A model generated the notes under the pieces. The model was given only the letters and a program-made list of their open reading frames with translations, did no database searches and was not told where the DNA came from. Below, one piece after another: positions 17,814 to 26,429 of a DNA stretch of 59,118 nucleotides; the stretch's first letter is position 1; every line of letters begins with the position of its first letter. The translations under genes and the position numbers were made by a program. The stretch comes from Candidatus Eiseniibacteriota bacterium (GTDB taxonomy: Bacteria; Eisenbacteria; RBG-16-71-46; DASYSL01): contig JANPEF010000049.1 in assembly GCA_031431875.1 (NCBI GenBank), positions 1-59,118 on the forward strand. Reading direction: 5' to 3'.

Positions 17814-19277
17814 CTAGAGCCAGCGGCTGATGACGACCTTCTTGTCGGTGTAGAAATCGACGCACTCGCGGCCGTGGGCCTTGGTGTCGCCGAAGAACGA
17901 CGCCTTCGAACCGCCGAACGGGAACATCGCCATCGGTGCGGCGACGCCGATGTTCACGCCGAGCATCGCCGGGGCGACGCGGTGCCGATACTCGCGCGCC
18001 CACTTGCCGCTCGACGTGAAGATGCTCGAGGCGTTGCCCTGCGGATGCGCGTTGACGATCTCGCACGCGGCGTCGAAATCCTTCGCCTTGAGCAGGCACA
18101 GCACGGGGCCGAAGATCTCCTCGTTGGCGATCGTCATGTCGGGCGTGACGCCGTCGAAGATGCACGGCCCGATCCAGTTGCCGCCCTCGTGCCCGGGCAC
18201 CTTGACGTCGCGCCCGTCGAGGATGAGCTTCGCCCCCTCGGCGATTCCCTTCTCGATGTGGGCGAGGATGCGATCGCGATGCTCGCGCGTGATCACCGGG
18301 CCCATGGTCACGCCGGGCTCGAGCCCGTTGCCGACCTTGATGGCGCTGGCGTGGGCGAGCAGCCCCGCCCGCACCTTGTCATAGGCGTCGCCGACGGCGA
18401 TGACCGCGCTGTTGGCGAGGCAGCGCTCGCCAGCGCAGCCGAACGCCGACTCCGACGAGATCTCGCACGCCGTGTCCATCACCGCGTCGGGCATGACCAC
18501 CGTGAAGTTCTTGGCGCCACCCAGAGCCTGCACGCGCTTGCCGCGCTCGGCCGCGCGCTTGTAGACGTAATGCGCCACCGGCGTCGAGCCGACGAACGAC
18601 ACGCCGGCGATGTCCGGGTGGTCGAGAATCGCGTCGACCGCTGCGTGCCCGCCGTTGACCAGGTTGATGACGCCCGGCGGCAGCCCGCATTCGGACATCA
18701 CCTCGAAGATGATCTGCTGAGACAGCGGCACGCGCTCGCTCGGCTTGACCACGAACGTGTTGCCCAGCGCGACGGCGTGCGGCAGGAACCACAGCGGGAC
18801 CATGGCGGGGAAGTTGAACGGCGCGATCGCGGCGAACACGCCCAGCGGCTGGCGGATGGTCTCGCAGTCGATGCCGGTCGAGATGTCCTCGAGCGTGGCG
18901 CCCTGCATGGTCACCGGCACGGAGCAGGCCATCTCGATGTTCTCGATGCCGCGGCGCACGCTGCCGCGCGCCTCGTCGAGCGTCTTGCCGTGCTCGAGCG
19001 TGACGATGCGCGCGATGTCGTCGACCCGCGCGTCCATCGCCACCTTCATCTTGTAGAAGTAGCGGGCGCGCTGGACGACCGGCGTGCGGCGCCAGGCCGG
19101 GAACGCCTCGCGCGCGGCCTTGACGGCGGCGTCGACCTCGGCCACCCCGCCCATGGGGACGCGGGCGAGCAGGTCGCCGGTGGCGGGGTTCCTGACTTCG
19201 GCGTGGGTGCCGGTGTTCGGTTCCACCCAGCGCCCGCCCACGTAGTCGCGGACGGGATGCAGCGCGGTCGTGGCCAT
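17814..19277 (-). CDS. mmsA: CoA-acylating (methyl)malonate-semialdehyde dehydrogenase
   Basis: PFNFPAMVPLW, KPSERVP, SFVGST, QALGGAKN, AFGCAGERCLA, EEIFGPVL. AAGGAG then ATG at 19277. Confidence 0.93.
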   Translation of the reverse strand: MATTALHPVRDYVGGRWVEPNTGTHAEVRNPATGDLLARVPMGGVAEVDAAVKAAREAFPAWRRTPVVQRARYFYKMKVAMDARVDDIARIVTLEHGKTLDEARGSVRRGIENIEMACSVPVTMQGATLEDISTGIDCETIRQPLGVFAAIAPFNFPAMVPLWFLPHAVALGNTFVVKPSERVPLSQQIIFEVMSECGLPPGVINLVNGGHAAVDAILDHPDIAGVSFVGSTPVAHYVYKRAAERGKRVQALGGAKNFTVVMPDAVMDTACEISSESAFGCAGERCLANSAVIAVGDAYDKVRAGLLAHASAIKVGNGLEPGVTMGPVITREHRDRILAHIEKGIAEGAKLILDGRDVKVPGHEGGNWIGPCIFDGVTPDMTIANEEIFGPVLCLLKAKDFDAACEIVNAHPQGNASSIFTSSGKWAREYRHRVAPAMLGVNIGVAAPMAMFPFGGSKASFFGDTKAHGRECVDFYTDKKVVISRWL

Positions 19278-19377
19278 GCCTGCTCCTTGCGGTGGGTCCG
19301 GCAAGTCGCGGCTCACGGGCCACGCATCTCGCGGAGGGTGCGAGCGTTCGGGGATCGGAACTCCGTTTCGACGCGGA

Positions 19378-19386
19378 AGCATAGCA
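19378..19386 (-). promoter_or_regulatory. Candidate extended -10 promoter for the pyrimidine operon
   Basis: Minus strand TG-C-TATGCT about 100 nt upstream of the mmsA ATG. Confidence 0.45.
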
Positions 19387-19409
19387 CCTTCTCCCCGCGC
19401 TGCATCCCC

Positions 19410-20819
19410 CTAGCGCGCGGGGCTTCCGGCCGGAGCCTCACGCGCCGGGATCATCCGGAGGCGGAGCAGCCGCGGGGCCTCGAGCGTCGTGCCCGGGCGG
19501 CGCGTGCCGTCCTCCTCGTACTTCTCCCATTGCGAGTTCGCCACGTAGACCAGACCGTCGCCCACGCGGGCGAGCAGCGTCGGCTCGTCGGCGAACTCGA
19601 GATTGCGATCGACCTCGACGACCGAGCGCACCGCGACCGGCGAGCCGTCGGCGCCCCGCGCCAGCGTGATGCGGACGACGTGCGGCGGCGCGATCCCGTT
19701 CTGCACACCGACCAGGTCGTCCTCCCAGCCGATGAGACCGTCGAGACCGAGTGTGCTGCCGCCGCCGGTCGGGCCCGGGAGCCAGGTGACCTTGCCACTC
19801 GCCCGATCGATCGCTGCCAGCCCGTGCGAGTAGTCGGCGACGTACAGCGTCTTCTGGTCCGGCGCGAGCGCCTGGCCCTGCAGCGAGCGGAAGGCCGGGT
19901 CCGTCGACCACACAGCGAGCACCCCGGCGCGCAGCCGGTAGATCGCCGGGTGCAGGCTGTCCGACACGAAGACGTCGCCGTCGGCCGCGACACACACGTC
20001 GCCGGGCACGTGCCCTCCGGCCGCGGCCGGCAGGTCGTGGCGCGAGCGCGACGCGCCGGTCGCCAGGTCGAAGGCGAGCAGCGCGGCCCGCCCGCTGTCG
20101 GCCCGGACGTAGCCCGCGCCCTGCGGGAGCGCCGCGGTCGTCACCCACAGGAGCCCGCGCGGCGCATCGACCGCGACGGCCATCGCCGACCACGGCACGT
20201 CGACGTCCGCCCGCACGAAGTCGCGGACCTTGCCGTCCTTCGCCACCACCGCGACGCGTCCCGCGCGCACGCCGGCGACGAACGTGCGCCCGGTGGCGTG
20301 GTCATGCGCAAGACCCTCGGGCCACAGCGCCGAGTCGGCGGCCGGAAATGCGATCGCGATCGTGCTGCGCGGGCGCGACACGCCATTCGCCTCGACGCGC
20401 GCGAGTGCGACGTCGGCCCCGGCGGCGCGGCCCGCGGCCGAGCGGGCGAAGGCGACGAGCGTCGTGTCGGGCGCGAGGTTCGGCCCGCCGCCGATCTCGG
20501 CCAGGTGGCCGAGGCCCCGCGCGCAGGCCGCGCCATCACCGGCCAGGGCGCCGACCGAGGCGAGCCCGTAGGCATAGACCCATTGCGCGGGCCACGCGGC
20601 GTGCGCGCGCTCGGCAAGGACGAGGACCTCGGGATAGCGCTTGCCCGTGCGGGCCTCGCGCGCCTCGCCCCAGGCGCGGCGGGCGACGGCGGCGGACTCG
20701 GCGGGTGAATACGCGCCGAAGGCGCAAGCAGTAGACGCGTGGAACAGGGCAACCACGACCAACGGAAGGATCAAGCTCGAGGCAAGCCGGTCGGGACCAC
20801 TGCTACGGAATTCGCTCAT
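19410..20819 (-). CDS. Exported protein: TPR-like N-terminus plus SMP-30/gluconolactonase-like beta-propeller
   Basis: Hydrophobic signal segment, then WPEGLAHD, AVAVDA..LLWV, GDVCVAADGDVFVSDS, SLQGQAL..LYVADYSHG, GLDGL..LVGVQNG, LVYVANSQW. Confidence 0.78.
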   Translation of the reverse strand: MSEFRSSGPDRLASSLILPLVVVALFHASTACAFGAYSPAESAAVARRAWGEAREARTGKRYPEVLVLAERAHAAWPAQWVYAYGLASVGALAGDGAACARGLGHLAEIGGGPNLAPDTTLVAFARSAAGRAAGADVALARVEANGVSRPRSTIAIAFPAADSALWPEGLAHDHATGRTFVAGVRAGRVAVVAKDGKVRDFVRADVDVPWSAMAVAVDAPRGLLWVTTAALPQGAGYVRADSGRAALLAFDLATGASRSRHDLPAAAGGHVPGDVCVAADGDVFVSDSLHPAIYRLRAGVLAVWSTDPAFRSLQGQALAPDQKTLYVADYSHGLAAIDRASGKVTWLPGPTGGGSTLGLDGLIGWEDDLVGVQNGIAPPHVVRITLARGADGSPVAVRSVVEVDRNLEFADEPTLLARVGDGLVYVANSQWEKYEEDGTRRPGTTLEAPRLLRLRMIPAREAPAGSPAR

Positions 20820-20864
20820 GACCGGCAGTCTACCGCCCCGGGCGGCGATCGGGCGAGAACGAAG

Positions 20865-20892
20865 CCGGCCCGGGGATCGTTCCCCGGGCCGG
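20865..20892 (-). terminator. Hairpin after the PA-domain protease gene
   Basis: CCGGCCCGGGGA-tcgt-TCCCCGGGCCGG, a 12-bp perfect stem just past the stop at 20921. Confidence 0.6.
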
Positions 20893-20920
20893 TTCGTGTG
20901 CTGCCTGCAATGCAGCGACG

Positions 20921-22867
20921 TCAGTCGATGACGACGACCGGCTTCGCCACCGACTTGCCATCCTGATACAGGCGCAGGAAGTACGTTCCCGCCGGCAGCG
21001 AACGATCGCCGCCCAGGTTGACCGCGTGCCGACCCGGACCGTAGCCCGACAGGTCGGCCGAACGCAGCACGCGACCGGCGACGTTCACCAGGTCGAGGCG
21101 CGCGCGCGCGACACCCGGCAGGGTGAAGGCGACGTTCATGTTGCGGCCGACGGCCGGATTCGGCTGGGCACCCTCGAGCGCCAGCTGCATCGCGGCATCC
21201 GGCGTCGAGACCCACACGATCTCCGACGTCGTCGTCTCGCCATTGCCCCGGCCGATCACGCGATAGCCGTAGTCCGTGCCGGGCGTGACGGTCGGATCCT
21301 CGAGGATGAGCACGCTGCGGCCCATCAGCGTGGGCTCTGCGATCGTCGTCCACTGGTCGTCACCCGTGGTCCGCTCGGCCGACCACGACAGCTCCGACGC
21401 GCCCGCCGCAAACCACTCGATGCGCACGCCCTCGCTGCCGACGTTGATGTAGCCCGGCGCGATCGCAATCGACGTCGCCGCATCGAGCCAGCCGATGTCC
21501 GCGAAGTGATTGAGCGTGATGTCGACGGTCGACGACAGGTTGCCGTTGATCGCCGGCTCCATGAGGACGTTGGGCTGCAGCGCCGTATCCCAGTGCGAGA
21601 CCGACGAGCCGCCCTGGAACGGATTCGGCGTGTTCATGCGCACGCGACCGCCGGCATCGAGTCCGGCGAGCGAGCCCGGATCGATCGTCAGCGACACGTT
21701 GAGGCCGACCAGGTTGGCCTTGAGCAGGTTGCCGTTGGGCAGCGTGATGCGGACCGACGGGATCGTGATCGTCGGGTCGGCGCCGCCGAGTCCGGCCGGC
21801 GGGCAGCCCGCCGCGTTGTCGGCGATGATGACGCCGATGGCGCCGGCGTTCTGCGCGTTCTTCACCTTGATCACGAAGCCGCAGAAACCCCGGTCGATGA
21901 GCGCGATCTTGCCCGCGAGCGCCGCCGCATTGACCGGCGGAGCCTCGCAACCGTCGTTGATCGGGGCCACGGCATCCTCGTAGAGAACGACGTCACCCGT
22001 CACCGTGCCGGCCGAGATCGACGGGCCGAACGAAGCGGCGCCGATGTCGTAGTCCCCGACGGCGGGCGCCGGGGCGTGGACGCGGAGCAGCGACTTCGGT
22101 CCCATCGTGACGCTGGCGCCGGCCATCGCGCTCGTGCCGTCCCACGCCAGCTTGCCGCAGCTGATTGCCGAGGCGACACGCTGCGCGGCGGTCATGGTGT
22201 CCCAGTGACCGCCGCTGATGTTGTCGTACAGGAACTTGTCGAAGATGCTCGGCAAGCCCGTGTTGAAGTTTCCGGTCGTGCCATTCGTCGTCGTGCTGAA
22301 GCCGAGCCCGTGTCCGAGTTCGTGGAGCACGACCGGCAACAGCTCGGTCGCGGTTCCTTCGTTGCCATCGAGCCCGTAGTACCAGGTGAACCCGCAGCCC
22401 GGCAGGCCGAGGTTCGAGTTGAACGTCGCATTGATGTCGTTCAGCGCCGGGTCGAGGTCCGCGAACGTCAGGCGGTTGGCGAGCGCGACGTGGTACCAGA
22501 AGTTGTTGAACGGAGCTCCCGGGAAGTTGACCCAGATTTGCGTCGGGCCGGCGCTGCCGAGGACGGCGCTGGTCGCGGTGCAGGTCTGCGGATTGAACAC
22601 GGCGTTGACGCGGATCTCGACCGTGCTCGGAAGGAGCGCGCCCCAGATGTTCGCCGCGTGCTGGAACACCGCCAGGCGCTGCTGGCCGATGGTCACGCCG
22701 GGGTTGCCACCGACCGGCGCGGCCGGCGTGACGTCGTTGAAGCCTTCACCGACGCCGTCGTTGTTGACGATGGTGATCGTGGCGGCCTGGGCGCTCGCGG
22801 CGGCGAGGATGCCCGCGCAGGCCAGGACGGCCGAGAGGTTGCGGAAGCGAACGAGCTCGGGGCGCAT
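20921..22867 (-). CDS. Secreted HExxH zinc metalloprotease with inserted PA domain and FlgD/T9SS-like C-terminal domain
   Basis: Signal peptide ending AQA. HELGHGLG. PA domain GKIALIDRGFCGFVIKVKNAQNAGAIGVII. SSVSHWD..LMEP. C-terminal PNP..FTLP..LDLVNVAGR..LPAGTYFLRL. Confidence 0.87.
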   Translation of the reverse strand: MRPELVRFRNLSAVLACAGILAAASAQAATITIVNNDGVGEGFNDVTPAAPVGGNPGVTIGQQRLAVFQHAANIWGALLPSTVEIRVNAVFNPQTCTATSAVLGSAGPTQIWVNFPGAPFNNFWYHVALANRLTFADLDPALNDINATFNSNLGLPGCGFTWYYGLDGNEGTATELLPVVLHELGHGLGFSTTTNGTTGNFNTGLPSIFDKFLYDNISGGHWDTMTAAQRVASAISCGKLAWDGTSAMAGASVTMGPKSLLRVHAPAPAVGDYDIGAASFGPSISAGTVTGDVVLYEDAVAPINDGCEAPPVNAAALAGKIALIDRGFCGFVIKVKNAQNAGAIGVIIADNAAGCPPAGLGGADPTITIPSVRITLPNGNLLKANLVGLNVSLTIDPGSLAGLDAGGRVRMNTPNPFQGGSSVSHWDTALQPNVLMEPAINGNLSSTVDITLNHFADIGWLDAATSIAIAPGYINVGSEGVRIEWFAAGASELSWSAERTTGDDQWTTIAEPTLMGRSVLILEDPTVTPGTDYGYRVIGRGNGETTTSEIVWVSTPDAAMQLALEGAQPNPAVGRNMNVAFTLPGVARARLDLVNVAGRVLRSADLSGYGPGRHAVNLGGDRSLPAGTYFLRLYQDGKSVAKPVVVID

Positions 22868-22869
22868 GG

Positions 22870-23400
22870 TTACTTCTCCTCGAGTTCGGTCGGGGTGAGG
22901 TGCGTGTGATCCATGTCGCCCGGGTGCTGCACGCAGCCGGTGACGATCTTGCCGTCGGCCGTGCGCTTGACCACCGCGTAGTCCTGGTTCCGGCCCTGCA
23001 GGTCGAGGCTGACCATTCCGTTCGGGTGCCGGACGAGGATGCCGCCCTCGCGGGAGACCAACTCGTTTTCGTCGAGCTTCATCTCCGCGAGCTGCTCGCT
23101 GGAGGGCGCGCCCACCAGTCCGGTCTCGGGATCGATCGCGATCACCATGCCGGCGGTGCCGGGGACGATGCCGGAGACCGGCGTCGCGGCCGGGGCGGCC
23201 GGAGTGACTGCCGGCGGTGCGACGGCGAGCGGCGCGACGGCGAGCGCCGGAGCGGCCGCAATGGCGGGCGCCGACACGACGTCGGGCGTCGCGACAGCCG
23301 TCGCGGGAGCGGAAACGGTCGGCGTCTGCGCGAGCGAAAGCGCGAACGCCCCCGCCAGCGCAGCCGTCGAACCGACGAAAATCCATCCGTTTCGGGTCAT
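22870..23400 (-). CDS. Small exported protein resembling the 'post-PEP-CTERM-1' domain
   Basis: Signal peptide and Pro/Ala linker, then AGMVIAIDPETG..HPNGMVSLDLQGR..AVVKRTADGKIVTGC. Stop is 2 nt before the protease ATG. Confidence 0.7.
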   Translation of the reverse strand: MTRNGWIFVGSTAALAGAFALSLAQTPTVSAPATAVATPDVVSAPAIAAAPALAVAPLAVAPPAVTPAAPAATPVSGIVPGTAGMVIAIDPETGLVGAPSSEQLAEMKLDENELVSREGGILVRHPNGMVSLDLQGRNQDYAVVKRTADGKIVTGCVQHPGDMDHTHLTPTELEEK

Positions 23401-23537
23401 CAGGAATCCCCTTTCGGTGGGCACAGCCGAGTAGGAAATGAGTTCTGGAGCAGCCGGGTTCGCGTCGTCCGAAACGCAAAATGAAGGCAGGACGCCGCGG
23501 GGGAGCTCATCAAATCGGAGCGTCCGGCGTGGCAAGT

Positions 23538-23565
23538 AGAGTAGTCATCCCCGTGCAGGTGTCAA
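23538..23565 (-). promoter_or_regulatory. Candidate sigma70 promoter for the two-gene protease unit
   Basis: Minus strand TTGACA-N16-TACTCT. Confidence 0.5.
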
Positions 23566-23604
23566 GAAAGAATGAAGTTGGACGGGATCCCCGGCGCCAA
23601 TGCC

Positions 23605-25989
23605 TCAGCGAACGAGGAGTTCGGCGCCGCACACGACGGTGTTCCCGCGCGTCCGAAACGTGGCGCGCGCGAAGTACAGCCCCGGCGCGAGGCCGCCGCT
23701 CCAACTGCCGGACCGCGCGACTGCGACGTGGTACTGCCCGCCGGGCAAGTCGGCGGCGTGCAGGAGCGTCCGGACCCGGCGACCGGTCACGCTGAAGAGG
23801 TCGACCTGGACACGCCCCGCCTCGGGCAGGGCGAGGACGAACGCCGGAGATCTTCCTCCGAGCGGGGTCAGCGCGAAGTCGGCCGGTGTGTCGTTCCATT
23901 GCGGAACAGAGACCGGCTTGGGTACGAGGAGCACCACCGTCGAGTCGGTGTAATCCAGCGCGAGTCCGGAGGTCCCCGTCGTGTCGCCCTCGAGGACGAG
24001 CGACTCGAACACCCCGGTGCGCGTTCCGGCCGTCAGCAGCGGGAGTTCCGCCCCCGCGGGCAGGTTGAGCCCCGGCGCGATGCGCAGCCGCAGCTTGCCG
24101 CCACAGGTCAGCGCGCCCGCAACCACGACGCGATCGAACTCGCCTCCCAGGGCGCCCGCGACGTCGAGGAGGAGCTCGCTCGTCGTGCCGAGGTCGCCCC
24201 CGCCGGCCAGGAACAGATCGCTCGCCGCATCTTCTCCGACGTCGAGGACCCCGTCGTTCTCGAAGTGCGCCGCGACGAGCGTGCCCCGACCTGCAAGCAC
24301 GGCGGCCGCCGGGTTCGACAGCGTGTCGGCGACCTCGAGCGTGCCACCCTCGAGGCGCGTCGAGTCGCCGAGCGCGATGTCCGCGGCGGCAAGCAGCCGC
24401 ACGTGATGCGCGCCCACCTCGAGGGTGCCCGCGAACGCATAGCCGGCCGGATCGGCCGCCACACCCAGGTCGAGGTCGGCGAGCGCCGCGATCGTCGTTC
24501 CCGCGGAGTCGCCCGCGATCGGCACGGCAAGCACACCCCGCGCTTCGAGGCGGCCGGCCGCCGCGAAACGCATGCGGCTCGCGACGAGCGTTCCCCCGTC
24601 GAGCCGCAGGCGACCGCGCAACTCGAGCGAGTCGGTGAGCGCGAGAGTCGCTTCGTTCGTGACCGTCGCCGCGGCCTCCGCACCCAGGAACAACGGGCCC
24701 TGCACGCTGAGCGTCGCGCTCGAGTCGGCGTCGATCGCGGCTACGCCATCGGTCGCCACCAGCGCTCCGCCGACCGTGAGGTGCGCCCCCGACGCGAGGA
24801 CGAGCGCCGCGGTGTCCGCCGCCGTTCCCACGAGCGTCAGCGGTCCGGCGACCGTCCCCACCGCGCCACGGATCAACTCGAGTGCACCGCGCCCGGATCC
24901 GACCGACGCGCCGAGGACGAGAGGATCGGGCAGGTCGAGCGTGCCGCCGTCGACCCTGAGCGTGCCGCCGGTGAGCGCGAGCGATCCGCTCCCCGGGATC
25001 ACCGCGAGCGTCTGCGTGTGCACGGTGCCGCCCTGGACCAGCAGGCTGCCCGAGCCGCCGTGCGCATCGCCGACCTGCAGGCGCGCGGCGCAGCGAAACT
25101 CGCCGCCGGCACCGGCCGATGCGATCCCGTCCCCCGCGGCCGCGGTCGTGAGGTTCGCACCGATGTAGAGGTTGCCGTCGCTCGTCACGCGCGAGACGGG
25201 GCCGCCGGAACCGGCTTCGAGCGTGCCGAACGCGCCGCTCAGGTAGCCGACGTAGATCGCGCTGCGCGCCTGGGCGCGGCCGCCCGCGAGGATGCTGAGC
25301 CGCCCGCTGCCCTGTTCCCCCACGAAGAGGTCGCCGGTCACGCCGGTCGTCTGCAGCAGCGATGCGACCGTGTCGGCGACGCCGCTCACCGTGATGCCGC
25401 CGTCGGATCCGGCGTCGTCGCCGATGAACACGTCGTCGGTCACCTTCACCGCCGCGCCGTCGAGCGCCTGCAGGTCACCCACGCCACGGCTGCCGACGCG
25501 AAGGTCCTGTCCGGCGCCGGTCACCTGGAACTGCGAGCCCGCGCCGCGCACGACCAGCGATCCCGTGCTGCCGGCGACGGCGCCGAGCTGCGACGTCGAT
25601 CCGGCCGCGAGCGCGCCGACGACCTCGAGCGCCGCGACGTCCAGGTTCGTGGTCGCGATCTGCAGCACGCCGGCGATCGTGTGCGGCGAGGTGGCCAGCA
25701 GGGACACGCTGCCGCGGCGATAGGTCTGGGTGGCCGACTGCAGCGTCGTGTTGCCCGCGGTCACGCCGTAGGTTGCGTTGAGGTTGAACACCAGCGCGTC
25801 GATCGAGGTCGGCGCCTGGGCCGGCGCCCAATTGGCCGGCGTCGCGTAGGCGCCACCGGCGGGGTTGGCCCAGTTGAGCGTGGCAGTGTACGCCGCAGGC
25901 GCGCCTTGAAAGGCGCCGCCGACAACGAGGGCCAACGCCAGTAGGCAGCGAGAAACGCAGCGCGGGAATGCGGCCAATGTGGGCTCCAC
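23605..25989 (-). CDS. Secreted Gly-rich beta-helix protein (T5SS/PEP-CTERM-associated-type repeats) with FlgD/T9SS-like C-terminal domain
   Basis: Signal peptide, W....GG....ANW cap, repeats VG..G.G.L....G..V.....IG...G..G, FDRVVVAGAL..GG.L, and C-terminal FVLALP..VDLFSVTGRRVRTL..LAPGLYFAR. Start uncertain. Confidence 0.75.
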   Translation of the reverse strand: MEPTLAAFPRCVSRCLLALALVVGGAFQGAPAAYTATLNWANPAGGAYATPANWAPAQAPTSIDALVFNLNATYGVTAGNTTLQSATQTYRRGSVSLLATSPHTIAGVLQIATTNLDVAALEVVGALAAGSTSQLGAVAGSTGSLVVRGAGSQFQVTGAGQDLRVGSRGVGDLQALDGAAVKVTDDVFIGDDAGSDGGITVSGVADTVASLLQTTGVTGDLFVGEQGSGRLSILAGGRAQARSAIYVGYLSGAFGTLEAGSGGPVSRVTSDGNLYIGANLTTAAAGDGIASAGAGGEFRCAARLQVGDAHGGSGSLLVQGGTVHTQTLAVIPGSGSLALTGGTLRVDGGTLDLPDPLVLGASVGSGRGALELIRGAVGTVAGPLTLVGTAADTAALVLASGAHLTVGGALVATDGVAAIDADSSATLSVQGPLFLGAEAAATVTNEATLALTDSLELRGRLRLDGGTLVASRMRFAAAGRLEARGVLAVPIAGDSAGTTIAALADLDLGVAADPAGYAFAGTLEVGAHHVRLLAAADIALGDSTRLEGGTLEVADTLSNPAAAVLAGRGTLVAAHFENDGVLDVGEDAASDLFLAGGGDLGTTSELLLDVAGALGGEFDRVVVAGALTCGGKLRLRIAPGLNLPAGAELPLLTAGTRTGVFESLVLEGDTTGTSGLALDYTDSTVVLLVPKPVSVPQWNDTPADFALTPLGGRSPAFVLALPEAGRVQVDLFSVTGRRVRTLLHAADLPGGQYHVAVARSGSWSGGLAPGLYFARATFRTRGNTVVCGAELLVR

Positions 25990-26036
25990 GAGGCTGGAAT
26001 CTCGAAGGATCGAATCGACGATAGGGAGGGGCGAGT

Positions 26037-26429
26037 CTACACCCGCCGGCGACCGCCTGCACGGGCCCGATGCCGCTCCAGGTCGACGCGCCCGCCGCGG
26101 GTGAAGCGCACGCCTTCGCGCTCGAGACGCATGCGCTGGGTCAACGCCGTGTGTGGCGCGAAGCGGCCGACCGAAAGCACGCCCCCCGCCCCGACGACAC
26201 GATGCCACGGGACGATCGCGGCCAGCGCAGCCGGCGCCTCGCGCAGCACGCGACCCACCAATCGAGCGCGCCCCGGCAGGCCCGCGGCGGCGGCCACGTC
26301 GCCGTAGGTCGCGACTCTCCCGCGCGGAATGGCGCGCACCGCCGAAAGCACGACGGCCGCGCGTCGCCGCGCGGCCGCCTCCCTCGTCTCGGTCCCTGCG
26401 TTCACCCGCGGAACGAGGCCCCGTGTCAT
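26037..26429 (-). CDS. Alkyltransferase-like (ATL/YbaZ-type) MGMT-family protein
   Basis: IPRGRVATYGDVA..ARLVG..VPWHRVV..Q..RLEREGV. Trp replaces the catalytic Cys of PCHR. Confidence 0.9.
   Translation of the reverse strand: MTRGLVPRVNAGTETREAAARRRAAVVLSAVRAIPRGRVATYGDVAAAAGLPGRARLVGRVLREAPAALAAIVPWHRVVGAGGVLSVGRFAPHTALTQRMRLEREGVRFTRGGRVDLERHRARAGGRRRV

Noticed and set aside
17157..20708. 1183-aa plus-strand ORF
   Set aside because: Antisense to mmsA and its neighbours, a high-GC shadow ORF like most other long Arg-rich ORFs in the track.
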